Virus record (IMG/VR): IMGVR_UViG_3300032004_000033
Coordinates: 1 to 37,950 of that record
Length of the DNA stretch: 37,950 nt
Direction: 5' to 3' (one strand)
DNA from: a virus
A program made the translations under genes and the position numbers. The notes under the pieces were generated by a model, which was given only the letters and a program-made list of their open reading frames with translations, had not been told where the DNA came from and searched no databases. Of the stretch, positions 29,937-37,950 are shown piece after piece. How positions within the stretch are numbered: the first letter of the stretch is position 1; each line of letters starts with the position of its first letter.

Positions 29937-32087
29937 TCAATCGTTGAACGTGGCTTTTTTGATGACGCTCAGAAGCTGGAAGGGCAAAGGCTGATCCTGC
30001 GTGATGGTGATCGAGGCTTGGCCGCGATCCCACCCAAGGTTCTCCATGCGGTGCACGCCGGTGAACAGCTCGGGTGGCTGGTCCAGGGTGCCGGCGCCGG
30101 TAGCGCGAAAGGCAATGATCTGGCCGTTTACCTTGCAGCCAGTGGTCTCCAGGAAGCGCAGGGATATCTCCCCAATCCGCATGCTGTTGCCCTGCACGCT
30201 GCCGGTGCTGCCCTGCACTTCTGGCGTCAATGTTTTGATTTTGGTAATGAAGTTGAGGCCGATCTGCACGGCGAACGCGTTGCGGGGGATGGTGACCTGC
30301 CCGCTGGTGACCACCTGCTGCTGCATGACGATGCCGTCGGCGACGATGTCAACGGTCTTGCCTTCCAGGTGGGCAAGGCCACCCCACACCGACGCGCCTG
30401 GGCCGCTGACGGCAGATACGCCGCTATCAACCCTGATGCCGCCGGTGAAGCGCTCGATGTAGCGCACGTTCTGCCCGTTGACGGTACGACGGACAACGCA
30501 CCACACCTGATCGCCGTCTGCGATGGGGATCGATGCGCAGGACTCAAAGGCGCCGTCCGTGGTCTGACGGGCCCACCCGATAACGTCCTGGTCACGGTCA
30601 ACGGTCATGGTTGCCATGACGCCATCAGCCCGCACCAGGTACAGGATCGACTCAGGCTCTTGCTGGTAGGCCATATCCACAACGCCGGATTTGGTGGCGT
30701 GCTCGGAAAGGATCGACATGTCAGGCGAACCGAACGTATCTGAGTCGTACTTGTAGGCCATGGCCCTGAGCTTGCGGTTGGCTCGCTGGACAAAATACAG
30801 CTCGTTGCCAATCCGGACCGGACGCACGCGGTTGCAGCCGTAGACCGAAGGGTTCTTGGCGCGGATGTTTGTCGGGGTGATGGCCTTCTCAACGCCGCCA
30901 CTGACGGTGAACTCACCGCCGTAGGTCAGCGGGATCAGGGCGTTGATCTGGCCTATGTGAAGGATGGGGTTGATCTGGTCCGAGGACAGGTTGTAGGACA
31001 GCGCATCATCGTCCTTGGTCCCCAGCTCGAAGTTCAGGTACTCGCTTGTGCGCGATTCCCAAATGGTTTGCGGATAGTTCACAGAGCCGCCCAGGGCAAG
31101 GCGCTGCTCATACAGCGTGCCGGCGCCGGGGTAGCCGTCGATATCGTTCCAGACAGATGCCTCAAGCGACCAAGCGTTGGCCGGCGATGCGACGGCGGAC
31201 GTCGGCGCCGAGCGGATGATTCCCGAAACCACGGTGGTGCTGGTGTAGACGCTGATCTCCAGCAGGCCACCGTTGATCTTGACGAACTTGCCCAAGTCGT
31301 TGGATCGCCAGCCAGCGGCCCCCAGGGTCATGGTCACAACGCCGCCCACGGGCGTGGCAGCGCTCAGAGTGTTAGTGGTCTGAGGCGATCCCTTGAGCGA
31401 CCACGTAGGACGTACAGCCGCGGTGAATGCGTTAAGAATTTCCACGGTTGCCACGGTCGCACTGGTCACGGCGGTAATCTTTGCAACGCCACCACCTGAC
31501 CAGATTTCGCGATCAACATCCGCTGCCAGGAATGCAGACGCGGCGGAAGTGGCCGTCCGGCCGGTGCCCACCGTTGTATCGCTGAACGTGATTGAGGTGG
31601 TGAAGTCGATGCCCTTCTCATCGAATGGCTTTGTAACGAACGGCGCCGGGGCAAGGCTCCACTCCGTATCCGCGAGCCGGCGCAGGCGGTACACCGGAAC
31701 CGAGGTGTTGAAGATGAACATGGTGTCCGCACCCTGCACATAGTCCACCCGATCAAGCGTGGTATGGCTGTAGGGGCTGACCAGCTCAACGCCGGTGTAG
31801 GTGCCGTCCGGGTAATAAATCCGCACGTAGAAGTCGCCGAACTCGCAGATGTACGCCTGCTGGGTGTTGAACACGTAGGGGATCAACCGGCACTTCTTAT
31901 CGGCGAACTTGGCAGCGGCCACGAACAGGGTGCCGTCGCGGCGGTTGGCACCACCATGGATGACTGGCCAGGCGTTCTCGATGATCTCGGCGCCGTTCTG
32001 GTAGCGGGCCAGGTCAACGCGGCCAAGCATCCGTGGCGAAACCTCACCGGCGGTGAAGTTGGTTTGCACCAGCGTCAGGCGAGCCAT
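29937..32087 (-). CDS. Tail tubular protein B/nozzle-like (T7 gp12-position).
   Basis: 716 aa. The N-terminal TNFTAGEVSPRMLGRVDLARYQNGAEIIEN pattern is typical of podovirus nozzle proteins. It follows the gp11-like gene. Confidence 0.55.
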   Translation of the reverse strand: MARLTLVQTNFTAGEVSPRMLGRVDLARYQNGAEIIENAWPVIHGGANRRDGTLFVAAAKFADKKCRLIPYVFNTQQAYICEFGDFYVRIYYPDGTYTGVELVSPYSHTTLDRVDYVQGADTMFIFNTSVPVYRLRRLADTEWSLAPAPFVTKPFDEKGIDFTTSITFSDTTVGTGRTATSAASAFLAADVDREIWSGGGVAKITAVTSATVATVEILNAFTAAVRPTWSLKGSPQTTNTLSAATPVGGVVTMTLGAAGWRSNDLGKFVKINGGLLEISVYTSTTVVSGIIRSAPTSAVASPANAWSLEASVWNDIDGYPGAGTLYEQRLALGGSVNYPQTIWESRTSEYLNFELGTKDDDALSYNLSSDQINPILHIGQINALIPLTYGGEFTVSGGVEKAITPTNIRAKNPSVYGCNRVRPVRIGNELYFVQRANRKLRAMAYKYDSDTFGSPDMSILSEHATKSGVVDMAYQQEPESILYLVRADGVMATMTVDRDQDVIGWARQTTDGAFESCASIPIADGDQVWCVVRRTVNGQNVRYIERFTGGIRVDSGVSAVSGPGASVWGGLAHLEGKTVDIVADGIVMQQQVVTSGQVTIPRNAFAVQIGLNFITKIKTLTPEVQGSTGSVQGNSMRIGEISLRFLETTGCKVNGQIIAFRATGAGTLDQPPELFTGVHRMENLGWDRGQASITITQDQPLPFQLLSVIKKATFND

Positions 32088-32674
32088 TACCAGTAACTCC
32101 CGAATCGCGCGGAATACAGACGCTCATCGCCCAATGCTTGCGGTGGATCTTCCTGGCCATCGACAGCGCGAGCCCGACGCAGTGAGGTCTCCAGCTTCTG
32201 TTCCATGGTCTGCTGCATGGATGCTGATTGGGTAATTGGGTAAGCCAGCGCGGCAGCCATAGAGACCGTCATGAGCTGGACCAGGTTGGAGTCCCATGTG
32301 CTTTCCACCTCGTTACGGAAGACGTAGCGCAGTTCAAGCACTGTGGTGTTGGCCTGAATGGTTCGGCCTTCCACCAGATAATCGATCTGTTGGCCGCTCG
32401 AACCCACCTCAAGCACCCTCATGAAATCGGCAGGCAGCTCGAAGGACTGCTCATAACCGAAGGCCGGCGCAGCTGCATCAGGCGCCAGAACGATCCGCTT
32501 GATGCAGCAGTTCCAAGGATGCTGACGGATCAAATCATCGCGCACCGTGGGGTACAGGTTCGCGCACAGCTTGGCCCGGTCCAGGTTCAACTGGTCGTTG
32601 AAGTCGTTGATGGTCTGCGCGCCCAGCATGAGCAGCGCGTTGGAACAGATCGAAACACCGGTGGCCATAGTCAT
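32087..32674 (-). CDS. Tail tubular protein A/head-tail adaptor-like (T7 gp11-position).
   Basis: GGAGG upstream. ICSNALLMLGAQTINDFND...LYPTVRDDLIRQHPWNCC resembles the gp11 N-terminal pattern. An alternative ATG is at 32668. Confidence 0.55.
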   Translation of the reverse strand: MTMATGVSICSNALLMLGAQTINDFNDQLNLDRAKLCANLYPTVRDDLIRQHPWNCCIKRIVLAPDAAAPAFGYEQSFELPADFMRVLEVGSSGQQIDYLVEGRTIQANTTVLELRYVFRNEVESTWDSNLVQLMTVSMAAALAYPITQSASMQQTMEQKLETSLRRARAVDGQEDPPQALGDERLYSARFGSYW

Positions 32675-32687
32675 CCTCAACCTCCAG

Positions 32688-32716
32688 ATAAAAAGACCGG
32701 GGCACATGGCCCCGGT
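32688..32716 (-). terminator. Rho-independent terminator after the capsid/decoration genes (T-phi-like position).
   Basis: Minus strand reads ACCGGGGC-CATGT-GCCCCGGT followed by CTTTTTAT. Confidence 0.8.
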
Positions 32717-32746
32717 AAGTTATTGCCATCCGCTGGCCACCACGAA

Positions 32747-33271
32747 TCAGTTGCCGTCGATGTACTGCAAGCGCAGGGCAACGGTGCCGGCGCCGGTCGC
32801 AGCAGCGGTCAACGTGATTGCCACGTCGTACTGCTTGCCCGGATCAGCAGCAAGGCCCAGGGCCTGCCACAGGGGTTTTTCTACGTCCGCCAGGCCGAAG
32901 CCAGCGCCTGCGTCTGCCGCGTCCGCTTCGTGGGTCACGTCCTGGTTGATCAGTGCGGCGGTCAGGGCCTGGGCCGAGGCGAAGAAGTCAGCGTCGACAA
33001 CAGCGCCGGCATTGACAGCAGCGATGTCGTACAGGCCGATATCGCCGATGGCGGTGGTGATGGCATCGCACGACAGCAACACACGGGACACGCGGTCCAC
33101 GGAGTTGATGCGCATCAGCCGGTAGATCGAACCGATGGAATCGGCGGCGCCGGCCTCGATCACGCCAACGCGCTCACGAATACGGCCACCGTCGATACGC
33201 TGGGGCGACAGGGTTTGTGGGAGCGCGTCAGCGTTGGTGACGGCGGTGGATTTGGTGGTTACTACTGCCAT
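32747..33271 (-). CDS. Putative capsid decoration/cement protein (174 aa).
   Basis: Immediately follows the major capsid gene. The sequence is Ala/Gly/Asp-rich and beta-like. Call is positional. Confidence 0.4.
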   Translation of the reverse strand: MAVVTTKSTAVTNADALPQTLSPQRIDGGRIRERVGVIEAGAADSIGSIYRLMRINSVDRVSRVLLSCDAITTAIGDIGLYDIAAVNAGAVVDADFFASAQALTAALINQDVTHEADAADAGAGFGLADVEKPLWQALGLAADPGKQYDVAITLTAAATGAGTVALRLQYIDGN

Positions 33272-33315
33272 GATTCATTGCTCCTGATCAGATGGGTGGA
33301 GGCAGCGCCTGAGCC

Positions 33316-34179
33316 TTACGACTCAAGGGCTGCGATTTCCACAACCTTTTCTTCTTCCACCCGCACGGAGCCGATGGACATTTTGCCGTAGATGCGCACG
33401 TTGAAGCCCTTGCCCGGATCCTCACCAACTTTGGTGGTGATATCGGCGCCCTTGCCCAGCGTCACGCCGGATTTGGCCCAGGCGTAGAGCAGGCGGGTGT
33501 TGCCGGACAGCGGGGTGCGCTCGGACGGAATCCAGGTGAAGCCCATCCACTTGCCCTCAACATCGCCGTCTTCGAGGAACTTGCCAGCCAGATAGTCAGC
33601 GCTGGTCAAGGTCGCGTCGGCGAGGATGTCGGCAGCAGCCGAGGCGCTGTAGGTGATGAACAGCTCCTCGCCGTTGTGGTTGTCGGCTTCGTTGCGGCGG
33701 AACAGCTTGCGGGCCTGGATGATCTTGGCCTTGGTCAAGCCAGTGCCGCCGACGGCGATCTTCTGCGCGGTCGGCAGGATGATGTTGCCGGTGGTGGCGC
33801 GGGAGTTGCCGCCCATGGACGCGATGATTACGTCGTCCTTGGCACGGTTGAGCGAGGACACCATCGCCTTGACGTAGTCCGAAGTCGGGTCAACCAACAT
33901 GCGGATCTTGTCCTGGTCGTCGAGCATGTCGCCGTCTTCCCAGTCGAACAGGTCCACAAAGCGGGTGCTGTGTGGTTGATCGTTGATCGGGGTGTCGCCA
34001 TGGCGAGTGGTGCGGCGCTTGGCAGTACGTTGGCCAAGGCGGTTGATCGACTTGGACATACCGACAATGTTCGGCTCGATGGTCACGCGAGTTTCCAGGC
34101 GCGAGGTCATCTGTTGCGCCAGGTGGCGGAAGTTGTCGCCGAACTGCTGAACAAAAGCTTCAGTGATTTGAAAGGACAT
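33316..34179 (-). CDS. Major capsid protein (HK97 fold, N4-gp56-like family).
   Basis: ATG at 34179 with GGAG 8 nt upstream (the track's 34311 start is upstream read-through). MSFQITEAFVQQFGDNF...DTPINDQPHSTRFVDLFDWEDGDMLDDQDKIRMLVDPTSDY... Confidence 0.8.
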   Translation of the reverse strand: MSFQITEAFVQQFGDNFRHLAQQMTSRLETRVTIEPNIVGMSKSINRLGQRTAKRRTTRHGDTPINDQPHSTRFVDLFDWEDGDMLDDQDKIRMLVDPTSDYVKAMVSSLNRAKDDVIIASMGGNSRATTGNIILPTAQKIAVGGTGLTKAKIIQARKLFRRNEADNHNGEELFITYSASAAADILADATLTSADYLAGKFLEDGDVEGKWMGFTWIPSERTPLSGNTRLLYAWAKSGVTLGKGADITTKVGEDPGKGFNVRIYGKMSIGSVRVEEEKVVEIAALES

Positions 34180-34346
34180 TTGATGCACTCCAATGCAGAT
34201 ATGGGATTGCCTGCCGGTTGTCCGCATCGCGGGCCGGGATTCCTGGCGTGCATCGGCTTTGCTGCGCCTGGGGCGTTCCGGTTGTCTGCATGCCATCGCA
34301 GGCCGGCCCATTGCTGGGATGCCTGCGATGTTTGTGCATGGGGGGT

Positions 34347-34366
34347 GTCGGTTTCCCGACTATTTG
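34347..34366 (-). promoter_or_regulatory. Late-strand element (LSE), copy B.
   Basis: Minus strand reads CAAATAGTCGGGAAACCGAC. It lies 11 nt after the scaffold stop and 168 nt upstream of the capsid ATG. Confidence 0.7.
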
Positions 34367-34376
34367 AACGCTGGAA

Positions 34377-35225
34377 TTAGCCCAGGCGGGATGGGGCGCG
34401 GTTGTACTTGCGGTTGTAGAGCTCATCCAGTTGGGCCTGGATTCCTGGACGCTTCGGATCGTGCGCTGGCAGGCTCTGCAATTGCTGGCGCAGCTCGGAC
34501 GTTTTGACGTTGAAATCGGCCTCGTTGGCCGGGCTGCCACTGATGGCGGTGTCCTCCTTCAGCTCCTTGCCGATGTTGGCGGTGAAGGCGATGAAGTCCG
34601 GGTCGTTGCCGTACTTGCTCATGAGGGCTTGGAAGTTGCCGGGCTTACCGGCCTCACTGGCGAAGGCCTCAGCAGCGCGATAGGACGCGGTGACGTTGGT
34701 TTTCATGGCCGCTTCATCGGTCCACACAGCCTTGAGCGCAGCGGTGCAGTCCTGGGTGGAGAGTTGCACGCCGCCCTCGATCAAGCCTGGCGCCGCCTTC
34801 ATGTACTCGCCGATGACGTATTGCACCTGGTCATTGGTCAGGCCCTTGGCATGGGCTCCCTTCAAGAACGACTGAGTGCCCTCATCAGCCTTGAACTCAT
34901 CCCAGTTGAAGCCCTCGACGCCTTCCAACTTGACCGTGTATTCGTCCACGGACTTGGGCGGTGCATCACCGGTGCCCATGCGCTTTTCGAGGTGGGTGTA
35001 CGACTCGGCCAGCTTGCGGCTGGACTGTTCCAGGTCAAGCGAGCCGTCTTCCTTGTTGACTCGATACTTCTCGGGGATGTAGTCGGTGCCGGTGTTGCCG
35101 CTGTCCAGCACAGAGCCGGTTGGAGCTGGTGCAGGTGCTGGGGTCGGACCGCCACCGCCACCGCCACCCTCGTCCGCTTCAGCCATGAAAAAGTGGCCCA
35201 AGCGGCCATGAATAAACCAGTTCAT
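34377..35225 (-). CDS. Scaffolding protein.
   Basis: Lies between portal and capsid. It is acidic and helical, with a Gly/Pro-rich N-terminus. ATGA coupling at 35225; an alternative ATG is at 35186. Confidence 0.6.
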   Translation of the reverse strand: MNWFIHGRLGHFFMAEADEGGGGGGGPTPAPAPAPTGSVLDSGNTGTDYIPEKYRVNKEDGSLDLEQSSRKLAESYTHLEKRMGTGDAPPKSVDEYTVKLEGVEGFNWDEFKADEGTQSFLKGAHAKGLTNDQVQYVIGEYMKAAPGLIEGGVQLSTQDCTAALKAVWTDEAAMKTNVTASYRAAEAFASEAGKPGNFQALMSKYGNDPDFIAFTANIGKELKEDTAISGSPANEADFNVKTSELRQQLQSLPAHDPKRPGIQAQLDELYNRKYNRAPSRLG

Positions 35226-35467
35226 TGTTGTTCCTCTTGATCGTTGGCGTCTTCTTGAACGCCGTTGGCTCGGTTGATACGCAGTACAACGTGGTCCAGA
35301 ACCTCACGGGCTCCGGCTTGCTTGTAGGTGGTGAGGATGGCGTCGATGCCGCCAACGGTGCAGGCGTTCTTGGCGAAGCGCTGAATCAGCAGCTCCAGCG
35401 CAATACGTCCTTCGTGGTGTTCCTCGAACACGCGCTTGAACAGCGCGTCGGTTTGCTCGGGCGTCAT
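35222..35467 (-). CDS. Hypothetical 81-aa protein between portal and scaffold.
   Basis: ATGA overlaps at both ends. Confidence 0.6.
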   Translation of the reverse strand: MTPEQTDALFKRVFEEHHEGRIALELLIQRFAKNACTVGGIDAILTTYKQAGAREVLDHVVLRINRANGVQEDANDQEEQQ

Positions 35468-37065
35468 GCAGCATTCCCCTGTTGTTTGAGCGCGGCATCC
35501 GCAGCTTGCATCTGCATCATTTGCTGTTGCGCCTGTTCCTGTTGCTCCTGGGCCGCTGCGGCTCGATCCTCGCGGAGCTTGTCGCGCGCGGCTGTGCTGC
35601 GGATGACAGCGGACGGAACGCCCAAGGCTTCGCCCTTGAACCGCTGCGCCTCGTCCATGTCGATGTTGTCCATGATGTCCGACGTCGGGTCTTGGGCCTT
35701 GATCGCCACCGCACCGGCCACGAACTGGTCAATGGCGGTGACCTCTTCCAGCTTCTGGGAGCGGGCCAGCGGTGACAGGTAGCGCACGGTGAAGTTGCGA
35801 CCGGCCAACGACTCAGGCGCTGCGCCCAGGATGCCGGCGCGGTAAGCGATGCCGAAGCAACGCTCAATCAGGGGTTGCAGGTACTCAGTCTGGAGCCGGC
35901 CATAGACCGGGCCCAGCAATTGACGGATCAGGTTCACCCGCACATGCACCTCAGTGGCGGTCATCGCCGGGCCGTCCTGGGCCTGGAGCTGATCCGCCAT
36001 CAGGATCTTGCGGATGGAGCCTTGCAAACGGGCGATCTTCGTTTCCGCATACTGGAAGTTCGAGCCGCTTTGCAGGGGCTTCATGCTGTCCACGGAGTTC
36101 GCGACGATGATCTTGCGCGGCCCAACCTTGACGGTGCGGGGGTTGAGCACGCCGTCATCCTCGGCAATCCACATGCCAGCGATTGCCAGGTCACCGGCGG
36201 CCAGGTCCATCCTGCAGAGTTCGTTCAGGGTGCGAGCGTCCGGCAGCGCATCGAAGACTGGACCCACGGCGTACACACTGTCGGGAATCATCATCCAGCG
36301 CGGCACTACCACCGGCATTTCGTGATAGCCCGACTCGCTGACCAGCTGCTTGGCTTCCACCTCAACCTTGCATGAGGCGATCGCCATGTTCTTGGCCAGG
36401 CGAGCGCCAACCATGTGCGTGGTGCGCGGGTAGATGGCGTGGACGAACCGAACCATTTCCTGCGGCTTGTCCTTCGACAGCTTGCGCGTGGCATCGCTGA
36501 CGTTCTCTTCGCCGAACTCGTTTACCGCCTGCTCTGCGGTCAACTTGTATTCGCGGTAGACGGTGTCGATCTTGCCGCCAGCCTTGGACGCCGAGGCGTA
36601 CACGCTCGCGATGGGCCACAGGTCGAAGGTGAAACCGCCCTTCTCCATGTCCTGATCGATGTACAGGGCAAACCATCCAGCACACACAACGTCGATAAGC
36701 CCCTCAAAGGCGGCCGCGTCGAAGTTGGAGGCGTGGATGTTCTGCCAGAGGATGTCGGCTGAGTCATCCAGCCAGCGGCGCTCGTCCTCAGTCTCCTGGC
36801 CGACGTCCATGCCGAACCACAGGGAGTTGGCCGGGGTCAGGCCCGACATGATGCCAGACGACAGGATGCGGGCCGCGTCCGTGGTGGTCCCGTCGATCAT
36901 CCTGGCCTTACGCATCTGCGCTTCCATGGCCGTGATTTGCTCGGTGCAAAAGCCGCTGCCCCGGATTGGGTAGCTGTGGTCGAAGCAATCGCGCCAGACC
37001 GACTCATGCGGCGAGCGGAGAGACTTCAGGGTGCTCAGCGTTTTGGCGATCTGGTCTGCGTTCAT
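35464..37065 (-). CDS. Portal (head-to-tail connector, T7 gp8-like family).
   Basis: 533 aa. LKSLRSPHESVWRDCFDHSYPIRG... and the overall pattern fit podovirus connector proteins. Confidence 0.85.
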   Translation of the reverse strand: MNADQIAKTLSTLKSLRSPHESVWRDCFDHSYPIRGSGFCTEQITAMEAQMRKARMIDGTTTDAARILSSGIMSGLTPANSLWFGMDVGQETEDERRWLDDSADILWQNIHASNFDAAAFEGLIDVVCAGWFALYIDQDMEKGGFTFDLWPIASVYASASKAGGKIDTVYREYKLTAEQAVNEFGEENVSDATRKLSKDKPQEMVRFVHAIYPRTTHMVGARLAKNMAIASCKVEVEAKQLVSESGYHEMPVVVPRWMMIPDSVYAVGPVFDALPDARTLNELCRMDLAAGDLAIAGMWIAEDDGVLNPRTVKVGPRKIIVANSVDSMKPLQSGSNFQYAETKIARLQGSIRKILMADQLQAQDGPAMTATEVHVRVNLIRQLLGPVYGRLQTEYLQPLIERCFGIAYRAGILGAAPESLAGRNFTVRYLSPLARSQKLEEVTAIDQFVAGAVAIKAQDPTSDIMDNIDMDEAQRFKGEALGVPSAVIRSTAARDKLREDRAAAAQEQQEQAQQQMMQMQAADAALKQQGNAA

Positions 37066-37265
37066 GCTCCGAGTGTCCTCTTCCCTTGCTCAAGGACGCT
37101 GCCGGCAGCCCCGCCGGACGACAGCAGGCTGCTTTCCTGCTTGCGCTTCTTGCGGGTGGCAGTCTCTTCGTTGGCCTTTTGCGCGGCCAGGTCGGCGGCC
37201 TTCTGTGCCTCGACCTGCGGGTCTGGCGCGGCAACGACCTTCGGCTTGCTTGGCTTACTTCCCAT
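37062..37265 (-). CDS. 67-aa Lys/Ala-rich protein (gp6.7/7.3-position small virion protein?).
   Basis: MGSKPSKPKVVAAPDPQVEAQKAADLAAQKANEE... ATGA overlap with the portal start. Confidence 0.5.
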   Translation of the reverse strand: MGSKPSKPKVVAAPDPQVEAQKAADLAAQKANEETATRKKRKQESSLLSSGGAAGSVLEQGKRTLGA

Positions 37266-37270
37266 GGTTC

Positions 37271-37699
37271 TTACCCCTTCACTGATGGCTCAGGGCAGAG
37301 CCAGCCTTCGCTGGTCAACACGGCCTGTTTGATGGTTGTAGGGTCAACGGCGTTGGTTGCCTTGGGCTTTGGCTCGGCCAGCGCTTCCATGTCGCTCTTG
37401 CGCTCGGCGTCGATGACGAGGGGTTCGCCGCCGGCGTTCATGCGCTCGACCTCAGCGATGATCGATACCTTGTCGCCAACGAAGTCGCCCACGCGGGTGG
37501 CCTGAGCATCATTGGTCACGACGTGCCACCGGCCGCCGGCGCTGTGCTTGGCCACGTACAGCGGTGGCTGTGCCTGAGCGGTGTTGGATTCGTTGGCGTC
37601 CGGAGTGCCGCCAGCCGCACCGGTTATGGCTGTAGCAAGCGGTGACATGGTGGCGAGGGGTTCGCCGGGGGTCTGCGGGTTAAGGTCTGGAGCTGGCAT
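37271..37699 (-). CDS. Hypothetical 142-aa protein, the first gene of the virion operon.
   Basis: ATG at 37699 with GAGG 8 nt upstream. The track's start at 37729 is a TTG. Confidence 0.6.
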   Translation of the reverse strand: MPAPDLNPQTPGEPLATMSPLATAITGAAGGTPDANESNTAQAQPPLYVAKHSAGGRWHVVTNDAQATRVGDFVGDKVSIIAEVERMNAGGEPLVIDAERKSDMEALAEPKPKATNAVDPTTIKQAVLTSEGWLCPEPSVKG

Positions 37700-37756
37700 T
37701 GTGCTGGCCTCGGGTTGGTTGTTGATCAACGAGGGCCAGCATCAAGTGGGATGGCT

Positions 37757-37775
37757 GTCGGGTTCCCGACTATTT
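37757..37775 (-). promoter_or_regulatory. Late-strand element (LSE), copy A.
   Basis: Minus strand reads AAATAGTCGGGAACCCGAC. The TAG is the Rz stop codon. It lies 58 nt upstream of ATG 37699. Confidence 0.7.
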
Positions 37776-37950
37776 GCGAGGGGTGCAGGCGGTGCTCACG
37801 TAGTCCTGAAGCGCGGTCAGGGCGAGGATGGCGTCGTCGCCGTCGTTGGCTGTGGCGACAATTCGTCCAGCAGACGCTGGGTCAAGTTCGGCTCTCGCTT
37901 CTGCATGGTCCACGCTGGCGGCGGGGCTGGCGGCTCGCACTGCTGGGCAG
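37770..37950 (-). CDS. Rz: C-terminal part of the Rz i-spanin (the same gene as 1-390, seen through the terminal repeat).
   Basis: ...ILALTALQDYVSTACTPRK, stop TAG at 37770-37772. Confidence 0.85.
   Translation of the reverse strand, partial: CPAVRAASPAASVDHAEARAELDPASAGRIVATANDGDDAILALTALQDYVSTACTPRK
37817..37950 (-). CDS. Rz1: C-terminal part of the embedded Rz1 o-spanin.
   Basis: ...PTTATTPSSP, stop TGA at 37817-37819. Confidence 0.8.
   Translation of the reverse strand, partial: AQQCEPPAPPPAWTMQKREPNLTQRLLDELSPQPTTATTPSSP
37824..37950. repeat. Right copy of the 127-bp terminal direct repeat.
   Basis: Identical to 1-127. Confidence 0.95.

Larger units (their letters stand above)
1..37950. 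mobile_element. Complete temperate phage genome (37,823 bp unique). Lambdoid immunity, replication and recombination region with integrase/attP, joined to a T7-order podovirus virion module.
   Basis: The two 127-nt ends are identical. Present: integrase and attP with a tRNA 3' fragment, a cI/cro/cII switch, O/P-type replication genes, RecT/YqaJ, a lysis cassette, and portal-scaffold-capsid-gp11/gp12-like-internal proteins-terminase-fibres, all on the minus strand. Confidence 0.85.

Noticed and set aside
29583-30743. 386-aa plus-strand ORF inside the virion module.
   Set aside because: It is antisense to the nozzle (gp12-like) and GNAT genes. The composition is not protein-like, there are no start signals, and the surrounding operon is entirely minus-strand.
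32228-33391. 387-aa plus-strand ORF.
   Set aside because: It is antisense to the adaptor, decoration and capsid genes and crosses a minus-strand terminator. Shadow ORF.
33316-34311. The track's longer capsid ORF starting at 34311, and likewise 403-861, 1534-2010, 1808-2212, 2615-3310, 3697-4500, 22090-22491 and 32087-32707.
   Set aside because: The N-terminal extensions are Arg/Pro-rich read-through of upstream sequence. Internal ATGs with good SDs, or with ATGA coupling to the upstream stop, give compact gene sets that match known families.
1-37950. Searched for a phage RNA polymerase, a reverse transcriptase/DGR template-variable repeat pair, and CRISPR arrays. The RNAP was expected from the T7-like gene order and the DGR from BPP-1-like relatives.
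   Set aside because: No ORF has RNAP or RT motifs. No spaced direct-repeat array is present. Apart from the 127-bp terminal overlap, the only extended DNA-level repeat I found is the tailspike paralog segment.

Overview
The window is a complete temperate phage genome. Its first 127 nt (1-127) are identical to its last 127 nt (37824-37950), so the unique length is 37,823 bp and the contig closes on itself. GC content and protein families look Pseudomonas-like; that is inference, since no database search was possible.

Organisation:
- Plus strand, 5127-16069: a cI-like repressor with a co-transcribed small membrane protein, then a pL-like early operon. This operon holds many small ORFs, RecT, a YqaJ exonuclease fusion, a DEDDh exonuclease, a C5 DNA methyltransferase, a MazG-like protein and an excisionase.
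- 16039-17550: a P4-type integrase and an attP region that contains a tRNA 3' fragment.
- Minus strand, 5013 down to 1534: cro, cII, a DUF1376 O-like gene with an internal ori-like repeat, a lambda P-like loader, RusA and small ORFs.
- Lysis cassette: pinholin, SAR endolysin, an extra 76-aa gene, and Rz with embedded Rz1 running across the circular junction.
- Minus strand, 37699 down to 17551: a virion module in T7 gene order, namely portal, scaffold, capsid, gp11/gp12-like tail tube proteins, internal virion proteins, terminase and tail fibres. There is no phage RNA polymerase.

Observations most worth a second look:
1. Five co-oriented copies of a roughly 20-nt hairpin element, reading AATAGTCGG-N4-CCGACA on the late strand. 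They sit at late-module boundaries. One lies directly upstream of an intrinsic terminator before the lysis genes, and one lies inside the terminase coding sequence.
2. A signal-peptide-bearing paralog of the tailspike head domain, next to attP.
3. A possible Acb2-like sponge gene inserted inside the lysis cassette.
4. A small membrane protein translationally coupled to cI.
5. A GNAT acetyltransferase moron inside the virion module.
6. A 216-codon +1-frame ORF with its own strong Shine-Dalgarno sequence, overprinting the methyltransferase gene.
7. A boxA-like leader plus internal terminators in the early plus-strand operon.

All functional calls come from reading the translated ORFs and the DNA by eye.
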